This document shows, one piece after another, positions 1 to 12,404 of a stretch of 64,000 bases of DNA; positions within the stretch are counted from its first letter, which is position 1; the number at the start of each line of letters is the position of its first letter. The stretch lies in the NCBI RefSeq assembly GCF_044704955.1, contig NC_091984.1, positions 146,444,001 to 146,508,000 of the forward strand, written 5' to 3'. The position numbers were made by a program, and so were the translations under genes. The notes beneath the pieces were generated by a model. That model saw only the letters and a list, made by a program, of their open reading frames with translations, was not told the origin of the DNA and did not search any database. This stretch comes from Pristiophorus japonicus (Eukaryota).

Positions 1-290
1 GAACCTACCATTAGTGTCCCCGGCGGGGGAGAAGAGAGGGAGAGGTGAGGAAGATGCCATTATTGTCCCGCTGGGGAGAGCGAGAGGTGAGGAACATACC
101 ACTATTGTCCGGGGGGTGGGGGGGAGAGGAGAGGAACATGCCATTATTGTCCCCAGGGGTGGAGAGGAGAGGGTGAGGTGAGGAACATACCATTATTGTC
201 CCCGGCAGGGGAGTTGGCGGGGGGTGGGGGGGTGCAGGGGCGAGGAGAGGGCGGCGTGAGGAACTTGCCATTATATTCCCCAGGGGGGTA
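1..290. repeat. G-rich minisatellite, ~55-65 bp degenerate unit (core GAGGTGAGGAACATACCATTATTGTCCC)
   Basis: Core motif repeats at least 4 times; the same array resumes at 5340-5863 after the CR1 insertion. Confidence 0.85.
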
Positions 291-299
291 GATGTGTGG

Positions 300-630
300 A
301 ACGTCGGCGAGAGGCGACAGTCCGGGGTCAGCGCGAGGCCTATAAAGGCCGCGAGATCAGGAGTTGGGCAACGTCGGAGAGAGGTGACTGTCCGGGGTCA
401 GCGAGAGGCCTATAAAGGCCGCGAGATCAGGAGTCGGGCAGCGTCGGAGAGAGGTGACAGTCCGGGGTCAGCGCGAGGCCTATAAAGGCCGCAAGATCAG
501 GAGTTGGGCAACGTCGGAGAGAGGCGACAGTCCGGGGTCAGCGAGAGGCCTATAAGGCCACAAGATCAGGAGTTGGGCAGCGTCGGAGAGAGGTGACAGT
601 CCGGGGTCAGCGAGAGGCCTATAAAGGCCC
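300..630 (+). repeat. CR1 5'-UTR tandem monomers, 70 bp x ~5, each with a TATA motif (GGCCTATAAAGGCC)
   Basis: TATA motif at 341, 411, 481, 551 and 620. Confidence 0.9.
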
Positions 631-813
631 GGCTTGTACAGCTACAGGGAGAAGGCAAAAAAGAAGTAGAAAGAAATAGAAAGGTGATGTCACAGCCAAG
701 GGGGTAAGTGATTGGCTGGTGATTGGTGAGTAGTTTTTCTTTTTTCTCTTCGATATCAGTGAGTAACTTTTAGCAGTGTTGTTGGCAATTTAAGTTCATC
801 GAAGGGTTAAGTC

Positions 814-1747
814 ATGGCAAGAGAGCTCGGACACATGTTATGCTCCTCCTGTACTATGTGGGAAATCAGGGACGCCTTCAGTGTCCCTGACGACTACGTG
901 TGCGGGAAGTGTATCCGCCTCCAGCTCCTGACAGACCGCGCTGCGGAATTGGAGCTGAAGGTGGATTCACTCTGGAGCATCCACGATGCTGAGAATGACG
1001 TGAATAGCACGTTTAGTGAGTTAGTCTTACTGCAGGTAAAGGGTCCACAGCCAGATACAGAATGGAAGACCAACAGGAAGAGCAGTGCAAGGAAGGTAGT
1101 GCAGGGATATCCTGTGGTCATCCCCCTGCAAAACAGATACACCACTTTGAGTACTGTTGAGGGGGATGACTCATCAGGGGGGAACAGCAGCAGCCAAGTT
1201 CATGGCACCGTGGCTGGCTCTGCTGCACAGGAAATAGACTGGGAGAGCGATAATGATAGGGGATTCAATTGTAAGGAGAATAGATAGGCGTTTCTGCGAC
1301 CGCAACCGAGACTCCAGGATGGTATGTTGCCTCCCTGGTGCAAGGGTCAAGGATGTCTCGGAGCGGGTGCAGGAAATTCTGAAAAGGGAGAGTGAACAGC
1401 CAGTTGTCGCAGTGCACATTGGTACCAAAGATATCAGTAAAAAACGGGATGAGGTCCTACGAGACGAATTTAAGAAGCTAGGAGCTAAATTAAAAAATAG
1501 GACCTCAAAAGTAGTAATCTCGGGATGCCTACCAGTGCTCGTGCTAGTCAGAGTAGGAATTGCAGGATAGCTCAGAAGAATACGTGGCTTGAGCAGTGGT
1601 GCAGCAGGGAGGGATTCAAATTCTTGGGGCATTGGAACCGGTTCTGGGGGAGGTGGGACCAGTACAAACCGGACGGTCTGCACCTAGGCAGGACTTGAAC
1701 CAATGTCCGAGGAGGAGTGTTTGCTAGTTGGGGAGGAGTTAAACTAA
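814..1747 (+). pseudogene. CR1 ORF1 (zinc finger + SGNH esterase), frameshifted
   Basis: CSSCTMWE..YVCGKC; GDSIVR; split across ORFs 814-1287 and 1253-1570. Confidence 0.85.
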
Positions 1748-1749
1748 TA

Positions 1750-4700
1750 TGGCAGGGGGATGGGAACCAATGCAGGGAGACAGAGGGAAACACAATGGAG
1801 ACAGAAGCAAAAGACAGAAAGGAGATGAGTAAAAGTGGAGGGCAGAGAAACCCAAGGCAAAAAACAAAAAGGGCCACTTTGCAGCAAAATTCTAAAGGGT
1901 CTAAGTGTGTTAAAAAGGCAAACCTGAAGGCTCTGTGCCTCAATGCGAGGAGTATTCGGAATAAGGTGGATGAATTAACTGTGCAGATAGCAGTTAACGG
2001 ATATGATGTGGTTGGCATCACAGAGACATGGCTCCAGGGTGACCAAGGCTGGGAACTCAACATCCAAGGGTAATCAACATTTCGGAACGATAGACAGAAA
2101 GGAAAAGCAGGCGGGGTGGCGTTGCTATTGAGGGAGTGCAGCGAAGGTTCACCAGACTGATTCCCGGGATGGCGGGACTGACCTATCAAGAAAGACTGGA
2201 TCAACTGAGCTTGTATTCACTGGAGTTCAGAAGAATGAGAGGGGACCTCATAGAAACATATAAAATTCTGACGGGGTTAGACAGGTTAGATGCAGTAAGA
2301 ATGTTCCCAATGTTGGGGAAGTCCAGAACCAGGGGTCACAGTCTAAGGATCAGGGGTAAGCCATTTAGGACCGAGATGCGGAGGAACTTCTTCACCCAGA
2401 GAGTGGTGAACCTGTGGAATTCTCTACCACAGAAAGTTGTTGAGGCCAATTCACTAAATATATTCAAAAAGGAGTTAGATGAGGTCCTTACTGCTAGGGG
2501 GATCAAGGGGTATGGCGAGAAAGCAGGAATGGGGTACTGAAGTTGAATGTTCAGCCATGAACTCATTGAATGGCGGTGCAGGCTAGAAGGGCCGAATGGC
2601 CTACTCCTGCACCTATTTTCTATGTTTCTATGTTTCTATGTAAAGAGGAAATTAATGCAATTGTAAGGAAAGACATTAGCTTGGATGATGTGGAATCGGT
2701 ATGGGTGGAGCTACGGAACACCAAGGGGCAGAAAACGCTAATGGGAGTTGTGTACAGACCTCCAAACAGTAGTAGTGATGTTGGGGAGGGCATCAAACAG
2801 GAAATTAGGGGTGCATGCAATAAAGGTGCTGCAGTTATCATGGGTGACTTTAATATGCATATAGATTGGGCCAACCAAACTGGAAGCAATACGGTGGAGG
2901 AGGATTTCCTGGAGTGCATAAGGGATGGTTTTCTAGACCAATATGTTGAGGAACCAACTAGGAGGGTGGCCATCTTAGACTGGGTGTTGTGCAATGAGAG
3001 AGGATTAATTAGCAATCTCGTTGTGCGAGGCCCCTTGGGGAAGAGTGACCATAATATGGTGGAATTCTGCATTAGGATGGAGAATGAAACAGTTAATTCA
3101 GAGACCATGGACCAGGACTTATAGAACGGTTACTTTGAAGGTATGAGGCATGAATTGGCTAGGATAGATTGGTGAATGATACTTAATGGGTTGACAGTGG
3201 AGGGGCAATGGCAGACATTTAGAGACCGCGTGGATGAACTACAACAATTGTACATCCCTGTCTGGCGTAAAAATAAAAAAGGGAAGGTGGCTCAACCGTG
3301 GCTATCAAGGGAAATTAGGGATAATATTAAAGCCAAGGAAGTGGCATACAAATTGGCCAGAAATAGCAGCGAACCCGGGGACTGGGAGAAATGTAGAACT
3401 CAGCAAAGGAGGACAAAGGTTTTGATTAGGGCAGGGAAAAGAGAGCACGAGAGGAAGCTTGCAGGGAACATTAAAATGGACTGCAAAAGCTTCTATACAT
3501 ATGTAAAGAGAAAAAGGTTAGTAAAGGCAAATGTAGGTCCCCTGCAGTCAGAATCAGGGGAAGTCATATCTGGGAACAAAGAAATGGCAGACCAATTGAA
3601 CAAGTATTTTGGTTCGGTATTCACTAGGAAGGACACAAACAATCTTCCGGATATAAAAGGGGTCAGCGGGTCGAGTAAGAAGGAGGAACTGAGGGAAATC
3701 CTTATTAGTCGGGAAATTGTGTTGGGGAAATTGATGGGATTGAAGGCCGATAAATCCCCAGGGCCTGATGGTCTGCATCCCAGAGTACTTAAGGAGATGG
3801 CCTTGGAAATAGTGGATGCATTGACAGTCATTTTCCAACATTCCATAGACTCTGGATCAGGTCCTATGGAGTGGAGGGTAGCCAATGTAACCCCACTTTT
3901 TAAAAAAGGAGGGAGAGAGAAAACAGTGAATTATAGACCGGTCAGCCTGACATCGATAGTGGGTAAAATGATGGAATCAATTCTAAAGGATGTCATAGCA
4001 GCGCATTTGGAAAGAGGCGACATGATAGGTCCAAGTCAGCATGGATTTGTGAAAGGGAAATCATGCTTGACAAATCTGGAATTTTTTGAGGATGTTTCCA
4101 GTAGAGTGGACAAGGGAGAACCAGTTGATGTGGTGTATTTGGACTTTCAGAAGGCTTTCGACAAGGTCCCACACAAGAGATTAGTGTGCAAAGTTAAAGC
4201 ACATGGGATTGGGGGTAGTGTGCTGACGTGGATTGAGAACTGGTTGTCAGACAGGAAGCAAAGAGTAGGAGTAAATGGGTACTTTGCAGAATGGCAGGCA
4301 GTGACTAGTGGGGTACCGCAAGATTTTGTGCTGGGGTCCCAGCTGTTTACATTGTACATTAATGATTTAGACGAGGGGATTAAATATAGTATCTCCAAAT
4401 TTGCAGATGACACTAAGTTGGGTGGCAGTGTGATCTGCAAGGAGGATGCTATGAGGCTGCAGAGTGACTTGGATAGGTTAGGTGAGTGGGCAAATGCATG
4501 GTAGATGAAGTATAATGTGGATAAATGTGGGGTTATCCACTTTGGTGGTAAAAACAGAGAGACAGACTATTATCTGAATGATGACAGATTAGGAAAAGGG
4601 GAGGTGCAACGAGACCTGGGTGTCATGGTACATCAGTCATTGAAGGTTGGCATGCAGGTACAGCAGGTGGTTAAGAAAGCAAATGGCATGTTGGCCTTCA

Positions 4701-5238
4701 TAGTGAGGGGATTTGAGCACAGGGGCAGGGAGGTGTTACTACAGTTGTAAAGGGCCTTGGTGAGGCCACACCTGGAGTATTGTGTACAGTTTTGGTCTCC
4801 TAACTTGATGAAGGACGTTGTTGCTATTGAGGGAGTGCAGCGAAGGTTCACCAGACTGATTCCCGGGATGGCGGGACTGACATATCAAGAAAGACTGGAT
4901 CAACTGGGCTTGTATTCGCTGGAGTTCAGAAGAATGAGAGGCGATCTCATGGAAATGTTCAAAATTCTGACGGGTTTAAACAGGTTAGATGCAGGAAGAA
5001 TGTTCCCAATGTTGGGGAAGTCCAGAACCAGGGGTCACAGTCTAAGGATAAGTGGTAAGCCATTTAGGACCGAGATGAGGAGAAACTTCTTCACCCAGAG
5101 AGTGGTGAAACTGTGGAATTCTCTACCACAGAAAGTTGTTGAGGCCATTTCACTAAATATATTCAAAAAGGAGTTAGATATAGTCCTTACGACTAGGGGA
5201 ATCAAGGGGTATGGTGAGAAAGCAGTAATGGGGTACTG
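1750..5238 (+). pseudogene. CR1 ORF2 (endonuclease-reverse transcriptase) with stops and a nested insertion
   Basis: Collinear fragments 1717-2073, 2641-3124, 3176-4504, 4505-4750 and 4757-5239. Confidence 0.9.
2121..2640 (+). mobile_element. 5'-truncated CR1 3' end nested in the EN domain of a same-family host element
   Basis: Closely matches 4820-5339 and ends in (TTTCTATG)3; the host EN resumes at 2641 (compare the uninterrupted copy at ~44595-44610). Confidence 0.9.
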
Positions 5239-5339
5239 AAGTTGCATGTTCAGCCATGAACTCATTGAATGGCGGTGCAGGCTCGAAGGGCCAAATGGCC
5301 TACTCCTGCACCTATTTTCTATATTTCTATGTTTCTATA

Positions 5340-5863
5340 GCATTATTGTCCCTGGTGCAGGATGGGGGAGAGGTGAGGAACATAACATTATTGGTCCTGG
5401 GGTGTGGGGGGATGGGGGAGAGGAGGGGGCAAGGTGAGGAACATACCATTAATGTCCACAGGGGGAGAGAGGAGGGGGATAGGTGAGTAACATACCATTT
5501 ATTTCACCGTGGGGGGTGAAGAAGAGGTGAGGAACATATCATTAATGTCCCCAGGGGAGGGGGTGGTACGGCATTGGGAGAGGGAGACCGACAGGGAGTA
5601 GTGTGGAACATACCATTATTGTCCCCAGCGGGGGAGAGGTAGAGAGAGAAGTGAGGAACATATCATTATTGTCCACAGAGGGGGAGAGGGGAGGAGAGGT
5701 GAGGAACATACCATTATTGTCCACAGGGGGGGAGAGGAAGTGGAGAGGTGAGGAACATACCATTATTGTCCACAGGGGGGCAGAAGTCGAGAGAGAAGTG
5801 AGGAACATACCATTATTGTCCCCGGGGGGGAGGGGCGGGTCGAGGAGAGGGAGAGGTGAGGAA
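5340..5863. repeat. Continuation of the G-rich minisatellite
   Basis: Repeated GAGGTGAGGAACATACCATTATTGTCC. Confidence 0.9.
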
Positions 5864-5864
5864 T

Positions 5865-6965
5865 GGTAGCACCAGCTTTCTGGCCATTTTTATGAGCAAT
5901 ACTTTAAATCCTTAAATGCAAAAGCCCAAGAAAGAACTGTCCTGTTTGGCGAGCTTGTGGGGGTGGCACTGAGGTGCATTCATATACAACTGGACATTTC
6001 ACACTGACAGGCTGGGTGGCAGGGAACCCAGGCCCATTGATGTCATCACCATCTAAAGTGATTACTGGGAACAATACCCCGAGAGGTAACTCAGAGACAC
6101 TGTGCCTTCGCATTATTAAAGCACAGTCACCACTCAGTCCCAACCCAAACTGGTGCAAGGCAGGAAATGACCGGCCCATTGTCTTCCAGGAGATAAGCCG
6201 GTTAAGCAAGATCGGTTTGTGATCGAAACCCATTACCTGCTAATGGGGGCCATCAACTCAGGAAACGACAGACATCCAGTAATCAGCACCCATTGTCTCT
6301 CCAGAGGCAAGGCCTGGGAGCGGGAAAACAAAATATCATTTTTCACAAAGATTTCAAAGGCTACGAGGCACTCCAGGCCATGGTGGGGGGCGTCCAGACA
6401 GATCACCGGAGTCAATCCATCGGTCAGTATTGGCGGGAGGAAAGGTGATGGGTTTTGGGGATATAAGGAGCCGCTTTGCAACGGTCTGAAGTTATCTTCA
6501 TTCAATGAAACACCGCTAGATGCTGAACACTGCTCTTCAATCCTCACCAACTGACCTCGACTCAAACTGGAACTTGGATTCTGCATCGGTGGTACGGAAC
6601 CAGGAGCGAGACGTTCAGAAAGAAGCTGCAAGCAAGACAACGGGCAATCCGTGTGAGCATATTGCCTGCACCTACACATCCGCAAGACCACTTAGCTGTG
6701 TGAGGGGGTGATTGTAAGTCCCAACCAAACCCAAGGGGTTTACTGCTGGGGGGTCCTGTGTTAGTTTATTTCACGGGAGGGTTCTTTTATTAATCCATGG
6801 TAACTTAGCACGGCAGGGCTTATTGGACAAGCCAGGGTTGTACTGTTTTGCACTGTTTATGTGTGGTGTTGTTAATCTTATAAAACATAATACGGTTGAG
6901 CCCGAATAATCCCTATCATCCAGAACTTGCATTTTCGGTACGCCCGAGAAAAGCACCTACAGATA
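5865..6965 (+). repeat. 5' LTR
   Basis: Direct repeat of 12405-13504; followed by the PBS. Confidence 0.9.
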
Positions 6966-6966
6966 T

Positions 6967-6984
6967 TGGCGACCGCGGCAGGAC
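6967..6984 (+). promoter_or_regulatory. Primer-binding site complementary to tRNA-Arg(TCG)
   Basis: TGGCGACCGCGGCAGGAC is the reverse complement of ...GTCCTGCCGCGGTCG-CCA, the vertebrate tRNA-Arg(TCG) 3' end as recalled from memory. Confidence 0.85.
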
Positions 6985-7020
6985 GATAAGTTTTGTGTCG
7001 GATCATAGGCAAGACCCGAA

Positions 7021-8647
7021 ATGGAGGATAGGATTTCCTCCGACGTGTTCAATAAGATTAACGTGTCTCAGCCATGGGTGCTGGCGATGCTGTGCTCTGA
7101 GAATCCCCAGGATAGGGATGCAGAGTGGACAGGTAGCAGGGATCACAGCAAATCAAAGGAAAAAGTGATTTGGCTCCTGTGTCTGCAGAAGCAAGTTCAA
7201 CTGTTCAGGAAGCAGGTTGAAAAGCTCGGGAATGAGCTTAAAGGGTCTGAGGATAGGTCACACATGAGGGAGATAGTCGGGAGCAGAGTATTAGAGGAAC
7301 TGCACGGGGAAAGGCAAAAAGACGTGAGCAAGAGGAGACCTCCGTTAACATGGTGGAATATCCACAGTGTCAGGTTACAGAGGCCAAGGTAAATGAACAG
7401 GCCCTACGGGAGGAGAATGTGAGGCTAATAGCGAAAGCTGGCAGCTTGGAGGGTCAGCTAAGGGATATAAAGATAGTTTATAAAGTAGCCAGGAGTAGAG
7501 GCTATGAGGAAACAGATCACGGATCCTGTAAGGAAAGGATCCAAAAATTGAGCCAAGCCTTGTCTGGAGCCAGAGGTTTGGCCTGTTTAATGTCACCGGG
7601 GGAAACCGGGGTAGACTGGGACAAGGAGGGTCAGGAGCCTGATGATAGGGCTCAGGATAGGGAAGTCCGACCGTTGCCGGAAGTACCACCGACACCAATG
7701 TGTCCTCTGCGGCAGCAGAAGTTTGGTCCACCCACACCAAACGGTGAGCAGGACCCACTGCAGAGCGATTACGTGGTCCCGATCACAACCCCTCAGCTGC
7801 AAGTCACGCTAGCAGGGACCCCTCAGTTCACTTTATGGAAGTAGAACAGGTAGGGGGGGGTCAACGGATGTAGTGAGGGCGAGATCAACAGGCTGATTCT
7901 GTCCTCCCTTGATTGGAGATTGTATCAGGGCTTATCCGCACCCACAAAGTGAGTAGAAGGCACCATAGAGGGGCTGAAAGACGAGACCCTGAGGGCCATG
8001 GGGCATACCCAGGGGAGCCTGTTCTTACAGGTAGAACGGTTGAGACAGCTGGCCGGCGAGGCACTAGATGCATTCGCGGACAGGTGATGGCCTGTGTACG
8101 TAAAGTCAACTGGAGGGACGCTCGACTGCACGCAGTTGATAGGGACCCCAGGAATCACTGGCTCAGGGTCCTTGTGGCCAACAGCTTGCCAAGAATCAGG
8201 GCCAGAGCAGAAGTGTGGTTTGACCCCAAGAACCTCGCCAATATGGAGACAGGCATGCTCAGAAAGCTGAGTCCAGCCTTTAAGGCCGATTCCGGGAAAG
8301 AGGTCAAATCAAATGGAAGGATCCACGAAATGAAAGCCAGTGAGGGTAATAGGAAGGAATGGCGACAGGAAGGGGTTAGTACCGACAAGTCCAGGACTTG
8401 TTTCGGGTGTGGGAAGCCGGGACACTGGAGGCGAGGCTGCCCATTCCCAAAAGGTGAAGGGGGCCAGACCGAGGGGGTCCTCCAGTGCAAAAGCCGCGTG
8501 TTACAGAGGGGGAGGGGACGACCAACGAGTCATTCGAGTTTCTGGTGGCTGCCCAACGGAAGGTTATGGGAAGAACAGAGACAAGTTAGATGCTGCTGTG
8601 AGCAGGGAAATACCCATCACACCCACATGCCCCCCACCCTGATTAGA
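7021..8647 (+). pseudogene. gag: gag (coiled-coil N-terminus, one CCHC knuckle), frameshifted
   Basis: ORFs 7021-7392, 7350-7844 and 7913-8662; CFGCGKPGHWRRGC. Confidence 0.8.
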
Positions 8648-8649
8648 AC

Positions 8650-11600
8650 CCGCCCAGCCTGAGTACCTGTGTCCACTCACGTACAATAGTGGGGCAGTCT
8701 CTGGGTAAAGATGTGGATGGAGATGGAGCAGGGGAAATATTTGGTGGGCACCGGGGCTTCCAGCACGGTGGACCATTCAACAAACCCGACCAATTCACCC
8801 TGGTCTAGCAGGGTCCCATTCAGCCTCGTGGGGTTCATGGGGAATGAGCAGGCTGGGGCAATCTCAAAACCCCTGGCCATAGAACTAGGATCTCTCCATA
8901 GCACGTGGGAGTGCGTCCTGATGCAATGGGAACCGTCCGGATCGGGAGTCCTTGGGGCTGACTTTATTTTGGCCCACCGAGTGATTGTGGTTTTAAGGAA
9001 TCACTGCCTATGGGGGGCAGTGGGTTCAGATAAAGCCGGAGGTGACAGTGATCCCAAGAGATGGGGAAGGAAGGGGTAGTGTGGTAGTATGGAGCCCAAG
9101 GGGAATTACGGCCTAGAGCAGCTGGTCTGTAATACCCCGGCCAACTATCCGGCGAACGTGTGGGACAACCTCGCCTCGTTCACCACTCACCAACACGACT
9201 GTGGCAGGGTGACGGGGTAGAAGTCAGGGTACAAGGGGACCCCATGTCACAGCCACAGAAACAGTACAGCTTCCCCAGAGAGGCAGAAGCCGACTTGGAG
9301 ACGGCACTGGGATCCCTGGTGGAACAGGAGGTGTTGAGGCCGATAGCCAGCCAGGTAAACTCACCACTTTGGCCGGTTACGTAGCCCGACCAGTCGTGGA
9401 GAACCACCGTGGACTATTGGGTGCTCAATAAAAATATCCCAGCCTGCTCCCACAGTCGCGGCTGTTGCTGACCTCAGAGGGAGCATTCCAGCGGCCGCAA
9501 CCACTGTCACAGTGCTGGATATTTTCATTGGGTTCTGCTCCATTCTCCTTAAACGGGAAGACCTGTACAAGTTTACCTTTACATTTAAAGGGAAGCAGTA
9601 CACCTGGACATGCCTTCCCCAGGGGTCCCACAACAGCCCCTCCATATTCCACCAGTGTATGGCAGATGCACTCAAAGGCTTCAGCCGACCCCAGCAGCTA
9701 ATCCAGTATGTGGACGACTTGCTTTTGTTCTCCGTGGAGCGGGAGGAGCACAGGCCACTGCTGGATGAGCTGTTGAGGCTGTTGCGGGAGACAGGGTTTA
9801 AAGTGAACCCAAAGAAAGCCAGATCGGCCGGGAGGAAGTCAAATCCCTCGGGCTGACCGTAAGGGCTGGTGAGCGAGCGATCGATGAGGCAAAGAGGAAG
9901 GCAGTACAGGAGTTACCCGCCCCCAAGGATGTAACCGGGGTAAGATCCTTCCTGGGACTGACAGGGTAATGCCGGGACTTTATAGAGGGGTACGTCGCCA
10001 CGGCAGCCCCTCTGCTTCGGCTCCTCCGCAAGGGAGTCGGGTGGGAGTGGGACCAGAACTGTCAGGAAACGTTCAGCCGCCTCAAGGAGAATTTACAGAT
10101 GGCGCCCGCACTGGGAGCCATTAACAGGATTGAGGAATTCTTTCTGGAGGTAGCAGCCAGCGGGGACAGCTTGAGCGCGGTGTTGCTCCAGGAGCGGAAC
10201 GGCAAGCTCGACCCGTGGTCTACTCCTCAAGGGTTCTCACTGAAGTAGAACAGGGATACTCTAACTGTGAGAGGCATCTCCTAGCCACGCACTGGGCCGT
10301 AAAGTGCTCCCAACTCTTTATAGGATCATCCCTGATCGTTCTACTGACCCAACACACCCCCAGCCAGATGTTGTTAGACGGGAGGATAAAGGATAGGACA
10401 GTAAGCCGTGCCTGCATTGCCCGCTGGACTTTATTGCTCTCGCAGATGAATCTGAGAGTGCAGAGGTTGACCGAGCCAAAGCTGGCTGTGAATTTCATCT
10501 ACCCAGGGACGGCCCATGCATGTACTGTGGAAGAGGTGTGGGACGTAGATGTGGGATTCCGGGCCAGGATACACCCGACAGGCCGGGAGATCTACATAGA
10601 CGGGTCCAGTTCGGAGGTGAATGGGAAGCGTCTCACTGGGTGTGGGATTTATGACCCCACAGCTAAGGTAGCGAGAGCCATTAAACTCCCCAGCACCCTG
10701 AGCGCTCAGCACGTCAAACTGTCGGTGGTGGAGTACGTGGTTATCCATCCCATCGAGTTCCCCACCCCCTATACCATCTGTTGGGATTCCATGTTCACCT
10801 GTAATTCGTGCAATGAGTACTTGGCCATCTGGGCCTGGCGCGACTTCAAGTCTGTAGACGGGAAGCCCCTAGCAACAGCACCGTTGCTAGGGGGAATGTT
10901 GGAGGTTACGGGCACCCGGGGAGATTACTACACACACAAGGTTAAAGCCCAATTCAAAGACAGAGCCCAAGGAGGAGGACAACCAAAGGGCAGACGAGCT
11001 GGCCAATCAGGGAGCCAGGGAAGGGGTATTCTGGGTTCCGTACAGAGCAGGTCCAGTAGCAGCAATCCGGGACAAGGGAGGCACACAGCGGGTAGCTTTG
11101 GCCCCGCACTTAAAGCAAGTCCAAGCACAGTATCCCATCCTTGTACAAAGGGGGAACGGCAAACCGGTAGAGGGTCCCAACAAGTATGGCTTAGTCCTGG
11201 TGGACGGATTCTCCCAGTGGGTGAAGGCCTTCCCATGCCGAGCAGCCACGGCACTAGCAACAGCAAGGATCCTGGTGAGGGAAGTGTTCTCCCGATGGGG
11301 ACTGCCACAGGTCGTGGAGTCTGACCAAGGGAGCCATTTCACGGGTCAGGTGATGCAGGCCACCTTCAAACATCTGGGAATACAAGGGAAGTGGCATGTG
11401 GCTCACAACCCCCAATCATTGGGGATTGTGGAGCACATGGACCGGACACTGAAAGAAAGACTGAGGAAGGAGATAGTGCCGTTCCCAAAGAGATGGGACG
11501 AGGTCCTGCCATTGGCATTAATGGGTGTCCGGGCCAGCCCCTCCAGAAGCACAGGGTACTCCCCACATGAGGTCATCACCGGGAGGGTTATGTGCACCCA

Positions 11601-12159
11601 ACCCATGTGTTGGTGCCGGTCCTCACAGAAGCTCAGGTCAGGGAGGTAAACCGGGACTGGTTTGTCCAGAATCTGTTTGAGGTTTTAAAACAGATTCACT
11701 GGCAGGCAGCCAGTAACCTGGGGAGCCAGCACCGGGAAACATCGGTTGCTGCTCGAGTCCCGGAGAAGCCACGAGTGGAAAGTGGGAGACCAGGTAATGT
11801 TCAGGAACTGTGCCCGAGTGGGGGCATTCGAGCCACTGTACCTGGGGCCTTGTAACATCGTAGATAAGGCCAGCCCCATGGTATATGCAGTCAGACTCCG
11901 GAAACGCACAAAATGCTGTCACATCAACCAGTGTAAGTTGTTTAACCCCGAGGGGGGGAAGACAAAGGCAAAGAGAAACCAGGGCATGATAATGAGCCTG
12001 GTGGACACGGGTCTTCCTCCCGTGGTGTGGGACGATGATGATGACCCAGAGGGCGGGGCAGTAAGGAGAAACAGTCAGATACCACGGCATAGGGCGCCGT
12101 GGACGCCTCCTTACTCACGGGCCATGAGCCGCAAGAGGCCCCAACAGGAGAGATTTTAA
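8650..12159 (+). pseudogene. pol: pol: protease, RT, degenerate RNase H tether, second RNase H, integrase (N-terminal HHCC region apparently deleted)
   Basis: YLVGTGAS (DTG mutated); QYTWTCLPQGSHNSP; QYVDD; SRVLTEVEQGYSNCERHLLA; IYIDGSS; VLVDGFSQW..SDQGSHF..GIVE; LYLGP. Confidence 0.9.
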
Positions 12160-12404
12160 CCGGGGGCACTCGATAACGCAGAACGAACGGTATATATATG
12201 TAAATAACGAAAGCCCGACCTGTGGAGGGAAAAAGCGCTCACTCACAGGTGGTGCTGTATCTTTTTGTCTTAATCAGGAAATCAGAAGAAACGGGAGCCC
12301 GGGTGTAATTGATCAGTAATGGACCCACAATGCACCTCCCGCAGCAGAAGACGACGGAATTCGAGATATTTCTGGTTTTGGTGACAAAATATCATCAGGG
12401 GGAT

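Larger units (their letters stand above)
291..5339 (+). mobile_element. Near full-length CR1-clade LINE (decayed)
   Basis: 5' tandem monomers; ORF1 with Cys-finger and SGNH esterase (GDSIVR, HIGT, DGLHL); ORF2 APE endonuclease (GITETW, MGDFN, SDHN) and RT (YRPVSLTS, DFQKAFDKV, FADD); 3' tail (TTTCTATG)n. Confidence 0.95.

Noticed and set aside
300-630. CRISPR-like regular repeats (also at 25541-25820 and 42600-43126)
   Set aside because: No unique spacers and no cas genes; vertebrate context
1174-4851. Numerous minus-strand ORFs over CR1 copies
   Set aside because: Antisense shadows of LINE ORFs that recur in each copy
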